This document shows positions 11,890 to 26,100 of a stretch of 64,000 nucleotides of DNA, piece by piece. The notes beneath the pieces are model-generated. The model saw only the letters and a program-made list of their open reading frames with translations, searched no databases and was not told the origin of the DNA. Every line of letters starts with the position of its first letter. Position 1 is the stretch's first letter. The stretch comes from Strigamia acuminata (lineage: Eukaryota): the NCBI GenBank assembly GCA_949358305.1, contig OX442314.1, forward strand, positions 19,964,001-20,028,000, in the 5' to 3' direction. Both the position numbers and the translations under genes were made by a program.

Positions 11890-13500
11890 CTTGATCCCAT
11901 GTTTTGAACAATTGTAACGTCTTCTGTAAATACGTCATCCTAATAAGGCATTTCACTCCAACTACACTGGCAACGCATGAACCTTGTTCCAATTCAAACA
12001 TAAACCTTGGTAAAGTTCAGTAAACGATTCATATTGATGCGAATTTTAGGGCATGCCACTGGAGTTCCCAAATACCCAAGTGTAGTGTTGTTGTTTATGT
12101 TATCATAATTGGCCGCCTGAGGGCGTGCTTGCATGTATGCGAGGTGTTGCGTAGGAGAGTATGAGCGAGATTAACTCACTCTATCAAGGCGTGCAAAAAA
12201 GTCAACATCGTTGGTGTAAAGTCTACTTGGATTTACAGCGTAATAACTTTGGACATTATACCAAGATTTTTCAATGTTCAATTCAATACAGGTGCAATAG
12301 TTTATTCTACACAAAATACCATTGATTGCTTGGGAATCCCTTTTTACTAATTGAGTGCAAGTTGCATTGATAAAGTCGCCATTGGTCACTGCCTTGATTG
12401 TGATCAATGGCTACTTTGAACTTGTGAAAACAGAACATGTGTCCAATGGCGACATTTGGTATAAACAAGGTCTAAAGGCGACTTTTTAGGGTGTCGCCCT
12501 TAGACCAGTCGCTGTTGGAAATATGTACCCAGCCAAATAATCCTTGTGTCATGACATAATTGCCATGAATTGGGATAAATTGGTTTGTTTGCTATAAGAC
12601 TTTCGGAAGACCATTTTCTCCTATAAAAAAAGCAAAGCATATACTTTTGTGAACACACAAAATTAAAAAATAACTTAGAAATTTCCATTTTTACAGAACC
12701 AAAGATTCTCACTGTAAAATTCTCTTGGCCATTTGATTCAAATTTGTAGGCGCAACAGCTACTTAAAATATATTGAAATTTGTAAAACTTATCTTGAAAC
12801 AGTGGATGGAGTCGGATTTAACTAAAATGTTCAGAGTCGTAAAAAAAAGCATGTCCTTAAGGTGAATTTTTATTCTAGTACGGTATATAACAATACAATG
12901 GGACAAAATAACAAAACAACTTAGTTCCTTTGGGAGCCGTCAGTTTCCACAAAATTCATTTGTCGAGAGGGGTTCGACATAGACGAAAAACATGTACGGG
13001 ATTCCAAGATTGCACAGATTCCAATTACGAGAATCCTCGCGAATCTCGTGAAATCTCGCAAAATCTCGCAAAATCTTGAAATTCCAGACTTCAGATTCCA
13101 GCTGATTCCCAAGAAGAATCTTAGAAGGTGAACAGGATTCCACCCGTATGTCGGACTCCTCGATTTGTAGCCAGTTGCCAGTCTCACACTAGTATGACCA
13201 TGACTCGGTACAATTCGGGTCATTGCCCTCTTCACACACTGTACACAAGTAAATGATGTAGGATATAAAATGTAATTTATTCTAAATTACCTACAGTATT
13301 ATAAGCTTACCTACTAATTGGTATGATTTATTTAGCAAAAATTGGTCTGGGTTTCAACAAAGGATGGCCAGTGGTTAATAATTTTCCTTCTTGCATACAC
13401 AAACATGCCACAATCGGTCTACTTATTCTTTCATCATATGATATACGGAATATATTCTGAAGAAAGTAATTTTTGAAAATTTCGAAAAACAAACTGCGAT
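11890..13500 (-). pseudogene. Collapsed, divergent relic of the rGC family (N-terminal exons plus cyclase remnant)
   Basis: [11 protein letters not shown] near 13400 matches [11 protein letters not shown] of rGC exon 2. FIPIHGNYVMTQGL near 12540-12580 matches [25 protein letters not shown](M)PY*DDVFTEDVTIVQNMGS near 11890-11985 matches the cyclase exon. Frameshifts and stops are present. Confidence 0.7.
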
Positions 13501-14179
13501 GGTACTGTATATTTGTCTGATTTATAAACTGTAATATAATTAGTTTTATTCAATTATTTGGTTTAGTTCTTTCTTCTGGCTGAATAAACATTTTTTAATA
13601 ATGTAAAAGCCACCCAGGCGTTTAAAAAGACTTATTTTCGGCTTTTCATTTTCAACCAAGGTCGGAAAAGTACTGTGTGCAGAACTCTTTCGAACTTTTT
13701 TTCAGTTACACGTTATACTGGTGCTCGTTCAGAATGTAAGATCGCTGTGATTGTTATACGGGTTTGTTCCAACCAACTATCGACACTACTATTCATTGTG
13801 GTGACAGTAATTCATTACCGAGTGATGCAACAATTCGAAAGAATAAACAAATCAAAACAAATATAAATTGTAAATTAATTCGTTTCACAACCACAGAATT
13901 GGCATATTTTGTTCTATGATGTAAACCTTTTCAGACCTCATTTCATCAAAGAGCAAACAGAGTAATTGCAAAATTGTGTTATTAAGATAATGAATTCGGA
14001 ATAAAATTTGTATTCCCTGACAGAATTGAATTTAAAAACGAAATAAATCAAAACAAACAAATTTCAAATCAAAACAAATTTGTAATACAATTTATAAAAA
14101 AAAATTAATTTTTTCCAACCAACAAACAATAAACCAAGTCAGTAAACCTAAACTAAAATAATTTTTACACAACAAATTT

Positions 14180-17100
14180 CTATTTAACAGCATTCTCTTT
14201 CTTTTTAGGATCTAAATCTTCTTCCAGTGATTTGTAGGAGCGCTCTGTACTTAAATTGTCCATATCCTCTACAGGAGATCCATCGGAACGCCCTGAACTT
14301 AAATTGTCAAAATCTTCTTCTGGTAGCTCAGCTTCAACATCTGTTCTTGGCACTGAAACTCTTGGTTCAGTTGAAATCTCTTCATCTTTTGTAAATAAAT
14401 TACGTTCTTGATCTTGTAATTTCAATTCACTAAATAACGTGTCAATTGTTTTCGTTTGCGAAAATCGTGAATCAATATCTGGCGTTGCGATGGTTAAATC
14501 TTGTTTTCCAATCAAGAAATAAACATTAATATCACCTATAAACTACAACGAGTAAAACTAAATTTTGACAAATGGCCACTTCAGTTTCTTTACTCATAAC
14601 CAACCTTGATATTGACTTCTTCCTTAAAAATCATAGAATAAGTTCCAACTTTGTCTAACAACCTAGCTGTCGATTCTGAAATCTGTATGGCATTGGCTAA
14701 ACCAATATACAATTAGTCACGGTTTAAATTAAATTCCAATAACTAATTTACCCGTTCCAAGCGATTCCATAAATTGAGCAATTATAACATCTTCCCCAAA
14801 AATGCAATAACGTGGCATTTTAATACCAACAATCGCAGCAACACAAGAACCTGATTTTAGGTCGCACATAATTTGGCGCCAAATTGTTTATGGTACTTAT
14901 ATAATTTTGATATATTTACCCGTATGAATTCCAATTCTAATCTGTATTCTTTCGTGTGGCAAGTGCCTAACTAGGAAATTACTAAGTATGGCTACAAAAT
15001 GCAATGACATAGTAGCAATTTGCTCATAATGGTCCTTCACGGGAGTCGGAACGCCACTTGCAACACAGTCTTAAAATTTTAAAATAGATTTTTCTAAGCA
15101 TACAAATAAATGCTGAAACTTACACGCATCTCCAATTGTTTCCAGTTTGTAGACGTTAAATGATTCAATAATAGTGTCAAAAGCAGTGTATAAATCATTC
15201 AGCAGTTCAACAACTTCAATTGGTTGACTTCTATTAGCAATATTAGTGAATCCCACTATGTCGCTGAAAACAAATCAATTAATGACTGATTAAGCTGCTC
15301 ATTTAAAATACCTCTTATGGTTCAAAAATATATTTCCAAATATATTGCTTTTCACTTAATGCATTCCAAAATGCAGAGCATTTTGCTGAATTACGTTTAT
15401 GTTTACTATATAAAATACTGTTTACATAAATTGTTCAGGCTACTGGCTACTGGCTACAACTACCGTAGCATGAACATTTTATGTGAGCACGATTGTGTAT
15501 TAAATAATGCATTTTATAATACAATTGAAAAAATACATTTGAAAATGCATTTTTATGAAAAATAATAATATTGGGAATGCATTTCATAAATGCATGCAAA
15601 AATGTATTACAAGATGTATTCTCGTGAAACTCAATGCTTTTCAAAATATCATTCATTGCAATACATTGCAATACAATTTAAATGTATTTATTAACCATAT
15701 GGAAACTTTCAGCACCTGAATAAAATAGTAACATTGTGAAAATATTCAGGATGCACTTCTAGGTGTCGTGTCATTTGCGTGGCAATAAAAGGAGGTAGTA
15801 AACGTTTAATTAAATTCTCGGTTTTGTTTTTTTCTATTTGTACTTCTTCAACTTTTTCATTAAGAATGTCTTGCAAATGATTAGTATATTGTTCTAACTA
15901 TAAATGAAATAAAAACTTTTTGTAAGTCACTGCGAGTAACTTTAAAAAAAATCAACAGTAGTACACGTTGAACAAAGTTCTTATTTTTTAATTCACCATA
16001 AAAATCAAATTTTGAACTAGTTCTCCCTTCAGCGGATGAATTTTACCAATCGTTGTGATAATTTCTTTGAAGTGCGGCCGAATCAATGGATCTTCTGCAG
16101 TTGTGCTCAAAACAAGCTAAATTTTACGCACAAATTAAGATAATTTGTCTCGAATACCATTTTTAATTATTGTTACTTCTTCAATTCCCCTTTTCTCAGA
16201 GAAGATTTCAGGCATATTAGATTGCGTCAATGCCGGTCGAATGGGCTTAGATGTATCATAATCATGCATTTCAAGAAGCTAAATGGAAATATCACTTCTG
16301 TCAATTACAATTAATTTTACGAGGTACAAAATATCTAAGGATCACCTGTTTAATGCCCATAGTTCCAGGGTCAGTAAAATTTTTGAGAACTCTGATCAAC
16401 TCCTCAATGGACAAAACTTGCAATTCATAATCAAACGGGTTTTCACAATTGCAAACTTCCGTTAAAATAATGCCAAAAGAATAAACGTCTCCTGTCTGTG
16501 TTCCAATTCCTAGTTCGTTAGCAGTCATGGATACACGAAGTAATTCAGGCGCAGTCCACAACATGGATCTTTCAATAGAAAAAGATACCAAGTAACTCAA
16601 TCCTTTTAACCAATCCAAGCATAATAAGTAATTGATTCATATAATTATTAATTTTGGTGCGACGTCGCTGAATACGGACGGGCGATGAACCACTTTGAAG
16701 TCATTCTTGAAATAACTCACCGATATATCTTTTCTAATTGTTCCACAGAGTACATTTTTCGTCTGAGCGTAGGCACACCAAAACCTAACCATTTACTATT
16801 TTTAATTTTTAATTTATGAATAGTATGTTATGTTATAACAACAGGCAATACCAGACACTTTACATATCCATCGATTATCAATCAGGCAATTTGTAGACTT
16901 CAAATTGCCGTGTGATCCAATGTTCGAATTATGTAAAAATTCCATACCACATGCAATATCTCTCAAAATTGAAAATTTGAAACTCCATGAGATTTTGTAT
17001 CGAGACATCTGCAAGATGTCAGCTAAACTCCCCTGAAAAAAGTAAATAAATCAACACAAACCAGATCTCAGGTGCAGTCAACAATAGAATTCAACAAACA

Positions 17101-20100
17101 ATAGAAGTTCATTGCTAAAGCATTGACAACACCGCATATCACGCACTATCAGGGCAGTTTTTCAAGTAGCGGGCACTTCGGTAAGAAAATAACATTTTTA
17201 CAGCTTAAATGCAGACGACACTGTCGGGTTTTCTACCCAAGTGCCGCCACATGCTGGATTTGCTCGTGCCTAACATCACTTCTACGAAACTGTTTGAACA
17301 TAGATCGTGAGTGTTTTGTCTCTTCTGGTTTTAATCTTTACAAAGTTTCATAGCAATTACGTATACGTAACAGCGTACTCTGTGTGGTCCGAACGAAGCA
17401 CCGTCCATACAGCTCTGAGGTCACCCCTCTCTTGCGGAGTAGTACGACCTAGTGAGGGAAAGGCGGGAGCTGAGTGGTGTAGGGAGAGAAGAACGCTGGG
17501 TCTCGACCGAGACAGACGTGTAAAGAAGTCACTGTGAAGTCAGCAAGAGCAGTGACGCTCAGTGGTGAGATGTTGGATCCACCACAGCCTCCATGAGCGG
17601 TTGCATGGGCCGTAGGTAAGTACAGCGGAATAGTAAAGGCTAACCGACACGTCATTCATGGGGATAACCTCCCTGTGTGTGACAGGTCGGTTGCTGGTGT
17701 GGCGTGCCTTCGCAACGATTAACAAAGACCAACCACCCAACAATCTGGAATCCCTGTCTTTATTTACGTGAGCATGTGTTCCACCTTATGCTGCCATGGA
17801 TAAGATCATGCTGTCACATCATGCTGTCACAAAAGTACAAAAATGAAAAAATTTCACTTTTTGAGTACAATTCATTGTGATGGGACACTTAGGCATGTGC
17901 CTAATGTGTCCACCAGTCACTACTGACCACACAAAGCATACAGTATTATATCTGCATAATTATAAGGTGAACTAAAACTACTTACTTTCGGCACAACTTC
18001 CAAAAGAAGGCAAACATTAGGAGATGTAAGACACACTCCAAACAATCTTACTAAGTTAGGATGTCTTATTTTATATAAGTAATTTATTTCTGCTCGAAGC
18101 AATAAATCATTGACGTTGAAAGAATCTACACCAAATTCCTGAAAATGCAACAAGCAAGCACAGTTGTAAAATACGATACTCAAACAAAGATACAGATGCA
18201 CCAGCTGCACAACAAATACGTGCCTTAACATAGTAAATATTTCCTTTCCAAATAGCTGTATGTTTTATAATTGTTGGCGTCATGCCGGTGTAATTTGACT
18301 CAAGAACAGATTCTTTTTCTATTGATAAAGATTTTGCAGCATAGGATATGTGCGACATAGTCAATCTTGGCAAACCAAGAATTGTAGATGTAGAAGTAGT
18401 TACAGCACTCTGACCGATATTGATCGCTTCAACATCATTCCAATAGACAAGCCAATCCAAATTTTTAATTGCTTCCAGTCGTTCCAAACTAGACAAAAAC
18501 AATCGAATTAAAATTCCTAATCGCAGAACTTGTCTAGATCTATAACTGGATTACCGCCTTTTTATCCACAAGAAAACAAGTACCAGCACTGCTAGGACAA
18601 TTACACAACCAAGTAGTATCGATATAATAAACAAGCCGATTAAAGTACTGCAATTATGACCGAAATACCCAACGTTACACTGGCAGTAATTTGGGGCAAT
18701 GCATTTACCATGCAGACACTCAAACCTAAAAATAATAAAAGTTTAATTTGGGATATGTTCAAATATTTTAGAAAATACAACATACTCGCATGTCGGTACG
18801 TTGCACGATTTTCCAGACCAAAGAGGATTGCAGGAGCAATTGAAGGGACCCACACAAGTACCTTGAAAACAGCTGTCACATACCACGTTTTTGCAATTTT
18901 TACCCGAATAACCAAATTTGTAATAATCATTTTTCGACACGTTTGGGTATATTTCCCCTAAAAAACGACATCTACAATAAATATGTAGTAACAAAAATTA
19001 TAAAATGTAATATAATTTCATCGTACGAGTACGTATCGTATTTTCTCTAATCTAGTAATTATATTCGCTCCTTCTTATAATTCTAATGTGTCTTCTAGTA
19101 TGGTAATGATGGTACCGTATTACCTCACATTAAGCCGCATGCCGGTATAATTAGAGTTATACCGGCATGACGATAAACCTCGTTTATAACGGCATGCCGG
19201 TGTAAGTGAGTACAAATTTTTCTAAATGAGAATTCAGCCAAAACAAGCATAAAATCCTTTTTACATCTTCAAAATGTAAGAAATTGCCTTAAATTTCTAT
19301 AAATTTACCCAGATTTCGGTAAAAATCTGCTGAAAATAAAGAAAACTTAAAATTTAGGCCCAAAAATCAACATAATTATTTATCCAGGCTCTTTAAGGTA
19401 AAAAAAACAAAAAGCCCGCTTTTTCACTTATATCGGCATGTTTCGCTTTATACCAGCATGCCAGTATAAACTTTTTGCACGAAATTTTAAAAACCTGGTA
19501 AAGCCATGCCCAACGGCATGCCGCTTTATGTGAGGTAATACGGTAATTATTTTTGACATTTCTTCTGAATTTTAATTAAGCAACATCAAATTTAATAAAC
19601 AATTAATAATTCTCAGACAACCTTTCGTAATGTATTTCTCCAGTTGAACACATTAAAATTATTGCAGAAATGTAGAATTAGAAAAAATACGATAAAGCTA
19701 AATAATAAAAACAAAGAACCTGCATTCATTAGGTGAAACACAAACGCCATTTTTATATTCAATTTGAGTGTGTGAATTTAATCTTCCTCCACCACAAGTA
19801 CCATCACATATATATGGAACCACTGCTAACTCTGTTCTTAAGCAAATTGTATCCACAGTTTTGAACTTTTTACTCGACATAAGCTTCCCTGTGTTTGAAA
19901 GATACCCACATGTTGATACATAGCTAGAAAATTAAATTAAATTAAATAAACAGCCAAATAAAGAACTGTTATTTTTATATTGCAGAATCCGAATAATTCC
20001 AAGAACAAAACTCCTCTACAATAACAAATCTTTACAGGATCAATAACTTTTGTTGGAAATAAATTCAGGCACTATACGAATGATATTGGTGAAATGTTAC

Positions 20101-23100
20101 AAGTGATTTTATTTCATCTATATTCTGTACAAAGACTTCAATACAAAGTTAATACTAATCGCTGATTGGTTCCACTGATCCTGCATAATTAAAACGTGAG
20201 CACTCGCTCAATACATTCATTAACGTGTGGCTTCTCTGCGGCGCTCGGTGAGACCATTGGCGCTTCCGCATGCCTTGGTTAAGTGACTTACCAAGGAATG
20301 GCCACCTGGCGGCCGCCTCTTCGCCTCATAGGTCGGCACGGCCCTGTCCGTACAATCCTAACAAATTCCCCTCACGGATCGCATCAATTCTCACCAATAA
20401 ACGCAATTACTCCTTAGATTGTCGATCTGCTTTTGCTATTCCTAAGCTCACAAGATTACTTAGGAATGTCGGTCCCAGTAGTGACTTTGTAAGGATATCT
20501 GCCAACATGTCGATCCCCGAAATGTGTCGTACTTCAATCCTGTTGTGTGTAATTTCATCCTTAATAAAGTGCAATCTTCGGTTAAAGTGTTTCGTGCGTG
20601 TTTTCTGAGGTCCTCGTTGTAGCAATTGAGTCTCGTTTAAACTGTCACAATATACTATGAATTGTTCCTTCTTTTGTAAATGTCCAAAGTTTTCAGCTGA
20701 ATTTCTCATCCAAGTTAACTCCTTGACCCCCTCCGACAACGTGTAATGTTCGCTCTCTATACTCGACATTGCAACCAAGGTTTGCTTCTTGCATCTCCAG
20801 TTAATCAGGGTGCTTCCGTCTCTGATTACGTAACCGGAAAATGACTTCGAATCAGCCGAGCAATCCCAACTGGCGTCGGTGTACGCATGTAAATTGAGCT
20901 CCTCTCGTTGGTACGTCAGTCGATAATGCATTGTCTTCCGCAAATATATTGTAATGCACTTGCCTCAGGTCCGCATTGTACTGCGATAATGTGCTCATCG
21001 CAAAGCTAATATTGGGGCGCATGTTTGTGGCTAAATACATTAATATACTGATAAATTCCTGGTACTCCGGGTCCATCGATGTCACCTTCGTGTGGCAATT
21101 TTTCATACTGTATTGCAGTAAAGTCGTTTCAATATACTTCGATTGATGGAGTTGTATGCCGGCATTGTCTTGATCCACTTGAATTCCGAGTATTGACGAT
21201 AATTTGCCCATTGGAATTAGTTCGATTTCGTTGCAGTTCATGTTGATTACCTCCTTCTCGAATTTGTCGGATAATGCGGCCACAACTGTGTCATGAACAT
21301 ACATGCCCAGGAACAAATACTTGTTGCCTCTTCATATGACATACAAACACGGATCATCTAGAGTTTTTTTGAATTTTACATTTGTTTAGACTTGGTTCAA
21401 CTTCTCGTACCAGCATCTCCCCGACTGCTTGAGTCCGTAAATGCTTTTGTGCAATCTGCACACATTGTCGGTTTCATCACCCTGTCCATCCGGTTTCTCC
21501 ATGTAGTTTTCTTCCTCCTGCCAGCTCCCCATGCAAATAAAGCGCATCTAACATCGTATTGGTTTAGTGTTATCCCCCTCTTGGCTCCCTCGTTTACAAG
21601 CATTTGCAACGTCTTCTTGTTAAAATTGCATCCCAATTTTTGCTTGTAGCCTGCTGCCACGAGTCGTGCCTTGTATCGCTTCTCCCCGGTGTTCGGATTC
21701 ACTTTTATCTTGTAGATCCATTTCGATTTTACCGATTTCTTGTTCGGCAGCAATTTCGTGATCGTCCAGACTTTGTGCTTCTCCATTGATGCAATTTCGT
21801 CCTTCATGGCTCTTTTCCATTTGTTAGAGTTGACGGAGTTCGTGGCTTCGTCATAGTTCCACGGATTTCCTCAAATCTGTAAGTCCTTGACGTCTCACTC
21901 CTTTTTGTAGGAGTTCCTCTTCATTTGCGCGTCATTTTTCTTCGTCTCGAACTCTGCATTCGGCATTCGTGCCTCTCGATGTTCGTCCTCGTATATTAAG
22001 TTGCGACTTAACTATTTCCTCATCTTCGTCTGCGTTTTCATCGTTTGGTTCAATGATTTCATCCTGCGCTTCACGATCTTAGTGATGTGTGTCCACATCC
22101 TCATCTATCCGTTGTGTACAAGTTGTACGCAGATGCTTCATAGATCTAACATCTCGATCTCAGGGATTCCGTCGTTTTCATCGTTTGGAGTCATTTTCTT
22201 TAACAATGATGCCCCCAATTCGCGCTCGATAAACTTTACATTTCGTTTCTCGCTCAATTTTCTCGTCCCCAAATTGTAAACTCTATAGGCCTTTTGTATC
22301 TGTGAATATCCAACAAGAATTTTTTTTCCCGGCTTTTGTGTCGAGTTTATTCCGTCCTATGTTCTTCGTGAAGACAAAAACTGCACATCCGAAACGTCTG
22401 AGACAGAAAACTGTTGGTCTTCAGTTGTTCCAAATTTCCATTGCCATTCGTCCATGTGTCTTCGAATAGCATAAGTTGCGGATGTATGCAGCAGTGCACT
22501 TGCACTCCGTCCAAAAGTTTAGTGGCAGCTCTGTGTCGCATAACATCATTCTGATCATCTCAAGGATCGTGCGGTTGTGGCGCTCCGCAACCCCATTGCT
22601 TTGCGGTGTGTATGGTGTCGTGCATTGAGGGTTCGTTCCGGGTTCTTGGAATCACTGCGTCAATTCGTCCGACACGAACTCGCCTCCGTTATCACTTCTG
22701 ATAGTTTTTAAACGATTTTCGGTTTGTGTCTCGTGTCGTACAATGAGTCGTTGCAATTCATTCGTCGTGTCGCTCTTTGCTTCGAGAATTTGCACCATTG
22801 TCGTCTACTCCAGTCTCGTTTTGTGTGGTTTTCGAGTTAGCTTTCTCTTAACACATGATTCGCAAACTGTCGTGTCATTGTTCTTGAAGTCTAGTCCTCG
22901 TACTAGTTTGCCGTCTTGCATCAGTTGTATCGACTGTTGTGTCAGATCGCCGAGTCGTCAGTGCCACATCTCGTTCGTCTCGCTTGAAAATCGGACTTCT
23001 TTACCGCGCAGCACTCTTGACTTGATGAAAAAACTGTTTCCGTTACAGCGTGCTCACATCAACGTTTTCCGCTCTCGACTATTGTGACTCCATTCTCCTT

Positions 23101-26100
23101 GAATAATATGTCTTTGTTGATTTAAACTTTTTTTGCAGTCCAGATATAACTTGAAATTTTGTTTGTGGGTCGGCGATAGTGTTTCCGAATTGCTCGTTTT
23201 CACTTAGTAGAGCTTCTAGTCGATTGAAATATTCATCGATGGATTCTCCTTACTCCATCTTGAATTGCGCTAATGCGATGATTCACATGTATTCCAGTGC
23301 GGCGGTGTTGATGGTGTTATTCGTTTCGATCTTCTTCCACAACTTTTTCGCGTTCTTGTCGTTGCGGTAACGTACTACTTGTATGTCCGCTAGCGTATCG
23401 ATTATGATTTCCTTTGCTTCGTTGTTGGCTGTTTGCTATTTTCTCCACATTTCTTCTGTCTTTTTGAAAACGGGCGTGACTGTGGGTCCACATGGCGGTT
23501 CGTCTTCTTCGATTGCTGATTCCTACAGTTGTCTTCCTTCTAATGTCAAGATAATTTTTGTGAACCACAGCATGTAGTTGTTGTCGTCCAATAATACCAT
23601 ATGGTGGATAATCTTGTTGTGGTGCGTTGTCATCTTCAAAACGTGTGCATTAATTTCGAGGTTGATCGTCGCTAATCGTCTCGTTTCAAAATTCCCACAA
23701 TTTGTTTTTGACTTGTCGTCGGCATCTTCAGTCGTCAATAAGATTCAGTCATGCTATCAGATCAAACCACCCTCTGATACCAGATGTTGGAAATAAATTT
23801 AGGCACAATACGAATGGTATTGGTGAAATGTTACTATACTCTAACCGGACTCAAAAAGGAGCAACAGTCTCATTGGTCGAGCCAGTTTACTGGTGTAGTG
23901 ATCCGAAAAAGTAGAGCCAAACACCAGAATTGCAAGCAATGTACAGACATTGTAATCAATTGCCTAAGCAACGGCCAAAAATTCAAACTTGTTTACTTTC
24001 CAGACATAGTAACCAATAAACATAACAAACATGAGTTTGACATTGTTAAACTTCATTTAAATGATGGAAATAACATTTCATAATAAGAAAAATCGAAATT
24101 ACATTAACTATAGTAGTAATAACCATCACAAAGAAAAATAAAAATTAAAACTATTTCTCTTAGTAGTAGTATACAGTCTGGAGTTAATAGTAAACTGGCT
24201 CAACCAATGGGACTGTTGCTCCTTTTTGAGTCCGGTTAGAGTATAGTGATTTTATTTCATTTATACAAAGACTTAAATTCAAAATTAATACTAATCGCTG
24301 ATTGGTTCCACTGATCACACGTGATCAAAACGTGATCACGCGCTCAATACGTTCATTAAACGTGTGGCTTCTCTGCGGCGCTCGGTGAGACCATTGGCGC
24401 TTCCGTACAATCCTAACAACTTTAACTTAACTTTGATGTAAATATTTATCATCCAGTTATAATGTTTAATATACGAAAGAATAGCACTTACTACATTGCC
24501 GTCACTGCAGTTGCATTAGGTAGTATAGGTAGAAGATATTGCGTCCGACAATCTACAAACTCCGATGGCACACATTCGATCGGAATGTCAATTAAATGTT
24601 TGAAACTTTGTTGATTATCAATCGTGAGTTCAAGTTTTCCACCCAAACTTCTTCTTTTACGATACCAAAACGTTTCATAATACTGTAGATAAGTATCTGA
24701 CATTAGAGACCACCTCACAGCATTTCTCAGCTATCGAAAACAAATCGCAATAAATATAATTGACTATTAGAACTGTTTGCTTATTGTTACGTATAATCCA
24801 TCAGCAACAGTGTTTTTTCGGCCAGTAACTAAAATACCAATCGCTATGGTTGAATCTAGTCGAATCCCCCCAGTCGATGAAAATCTAATAACACCAGTTA
24901 AACCTTCAAATGTTAACTAATTATCAAAACAAAAATAATTATATCAGTAAACAAACAACGGTAACAATCAGTCGATACTTACTTCAGTAAATCCTTGGAC
25001 TACAGTGTATTTAGATAAAATTTCATTGCTGCTTAGCAATTTTTCAAACGAGTAAGCAAATGTTAGTACAGCATCGTAACCTAATGCAAATTTATCAGCA
25101 ACCTGATCAGAAAGATATCACGTTTTCATTAATTCAATAACAGCAATATTCAATTGTTTACATTTAAACTGTCAGTAGTTGGTATGCCATAATAGTCCAC
25201 GTGATTCATTTCAAAAAATTTACGATTTACATGATACCACAGATCAGTGGAAAATCCAGATAAATTATAAGCTTTATAAATCATGTGCATTCCTTGAAAG
25301 GCTTCTAAGCATGTTGGTTCCTGTTTAACGTATATATAACATATTTTTCAATGAATACGCCTTATTTACATTTATGTAATCTACAGTCTACACCAGGGGT
25401 TCCCAAACTTTTTAGCATCGCGCCCCACTTTTTAAGCAAGGTGATCTTCTGCGCCCCACTTCATCTACCAGTGCATTAAATTTTTAAAAAATATACTACT
25501 AAAAAGAAAAAAAGAAATTTTTATATAATTTTGCATAAAACTTTGTATAATTTTTTATATAATTTTATATAATTTTGCATAAAACTTTGTATAATTTTTT
25601 ATATAATTTTATATAATTTTGCATAAAACTTTGTATAATTTTTTATATAATTTTATATAATTTTGCATAAAACTTTGTATAATTTTTTATATAATTTTAT
25701 ATAATTTTGCTTAAAAATTTAAAAAAATTTGCAAAATAAGCTTGTTTTATTTAGGCATGTATGATGGGTGCGCCCCACCAATAATCAGCTCGCGCCCCAC
25801 CAGTGAGGCGCCCCACCAGTGAGGCGCGCCTCACCGTTTGGGAAACCCTGGTCTACACCATGCTCGAAATGGAATATTTCATGAACTAAAACACCACTTC
25901 AAAATTTAAAAAAAACAAAAAACAATAATTTGTTCAATTACAAAATTCCGAGAAAAAAATCAAAAGTTACTCGTAACCTACAACTTAGAACTACCGATTA
26001 TGTAAATTCTGTGGAAAAATAACTACAGTACGTCGAAAAATGATCACGAACTGAAACAATATTTTCCATAATTTCACTCTCGTGCATTTCGAGCCTTGAA

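Larger units (their letters stand above)
20051..24418 (-). mobile_element. Decayed Ty1/Copia LTR retrotransposon in an rGC-A intron
   Basis: LTRs 20051-20363 and 23785-24418 (TG...CA); TSD ACTTT; PBS TGGTATCAGAG at 23772-23782; PPT beside 20364. Broken integrase ([17 protein letters not shown]), RT ([16 protein letters not shown]) and RNase H ([14 protein letters not shown]) in Copia order. Confidence 0.95.

Noticed and set aside
12940..13143. WNFKILRDFAR as a kinase-homology remnant
   Set aside because: It lies between homologues of N-terminal exons and overlaps a short tandem repeat (aaatctcgc), so the resemblance is probably coincidental.
25394..25890. hAT MITE disrupting a putative exon ([12 protein letters not shown])
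   Set aside because: The phase-0 junction HPLCAM|(E/K)PTCLEAF skips this region, so it is intronic.
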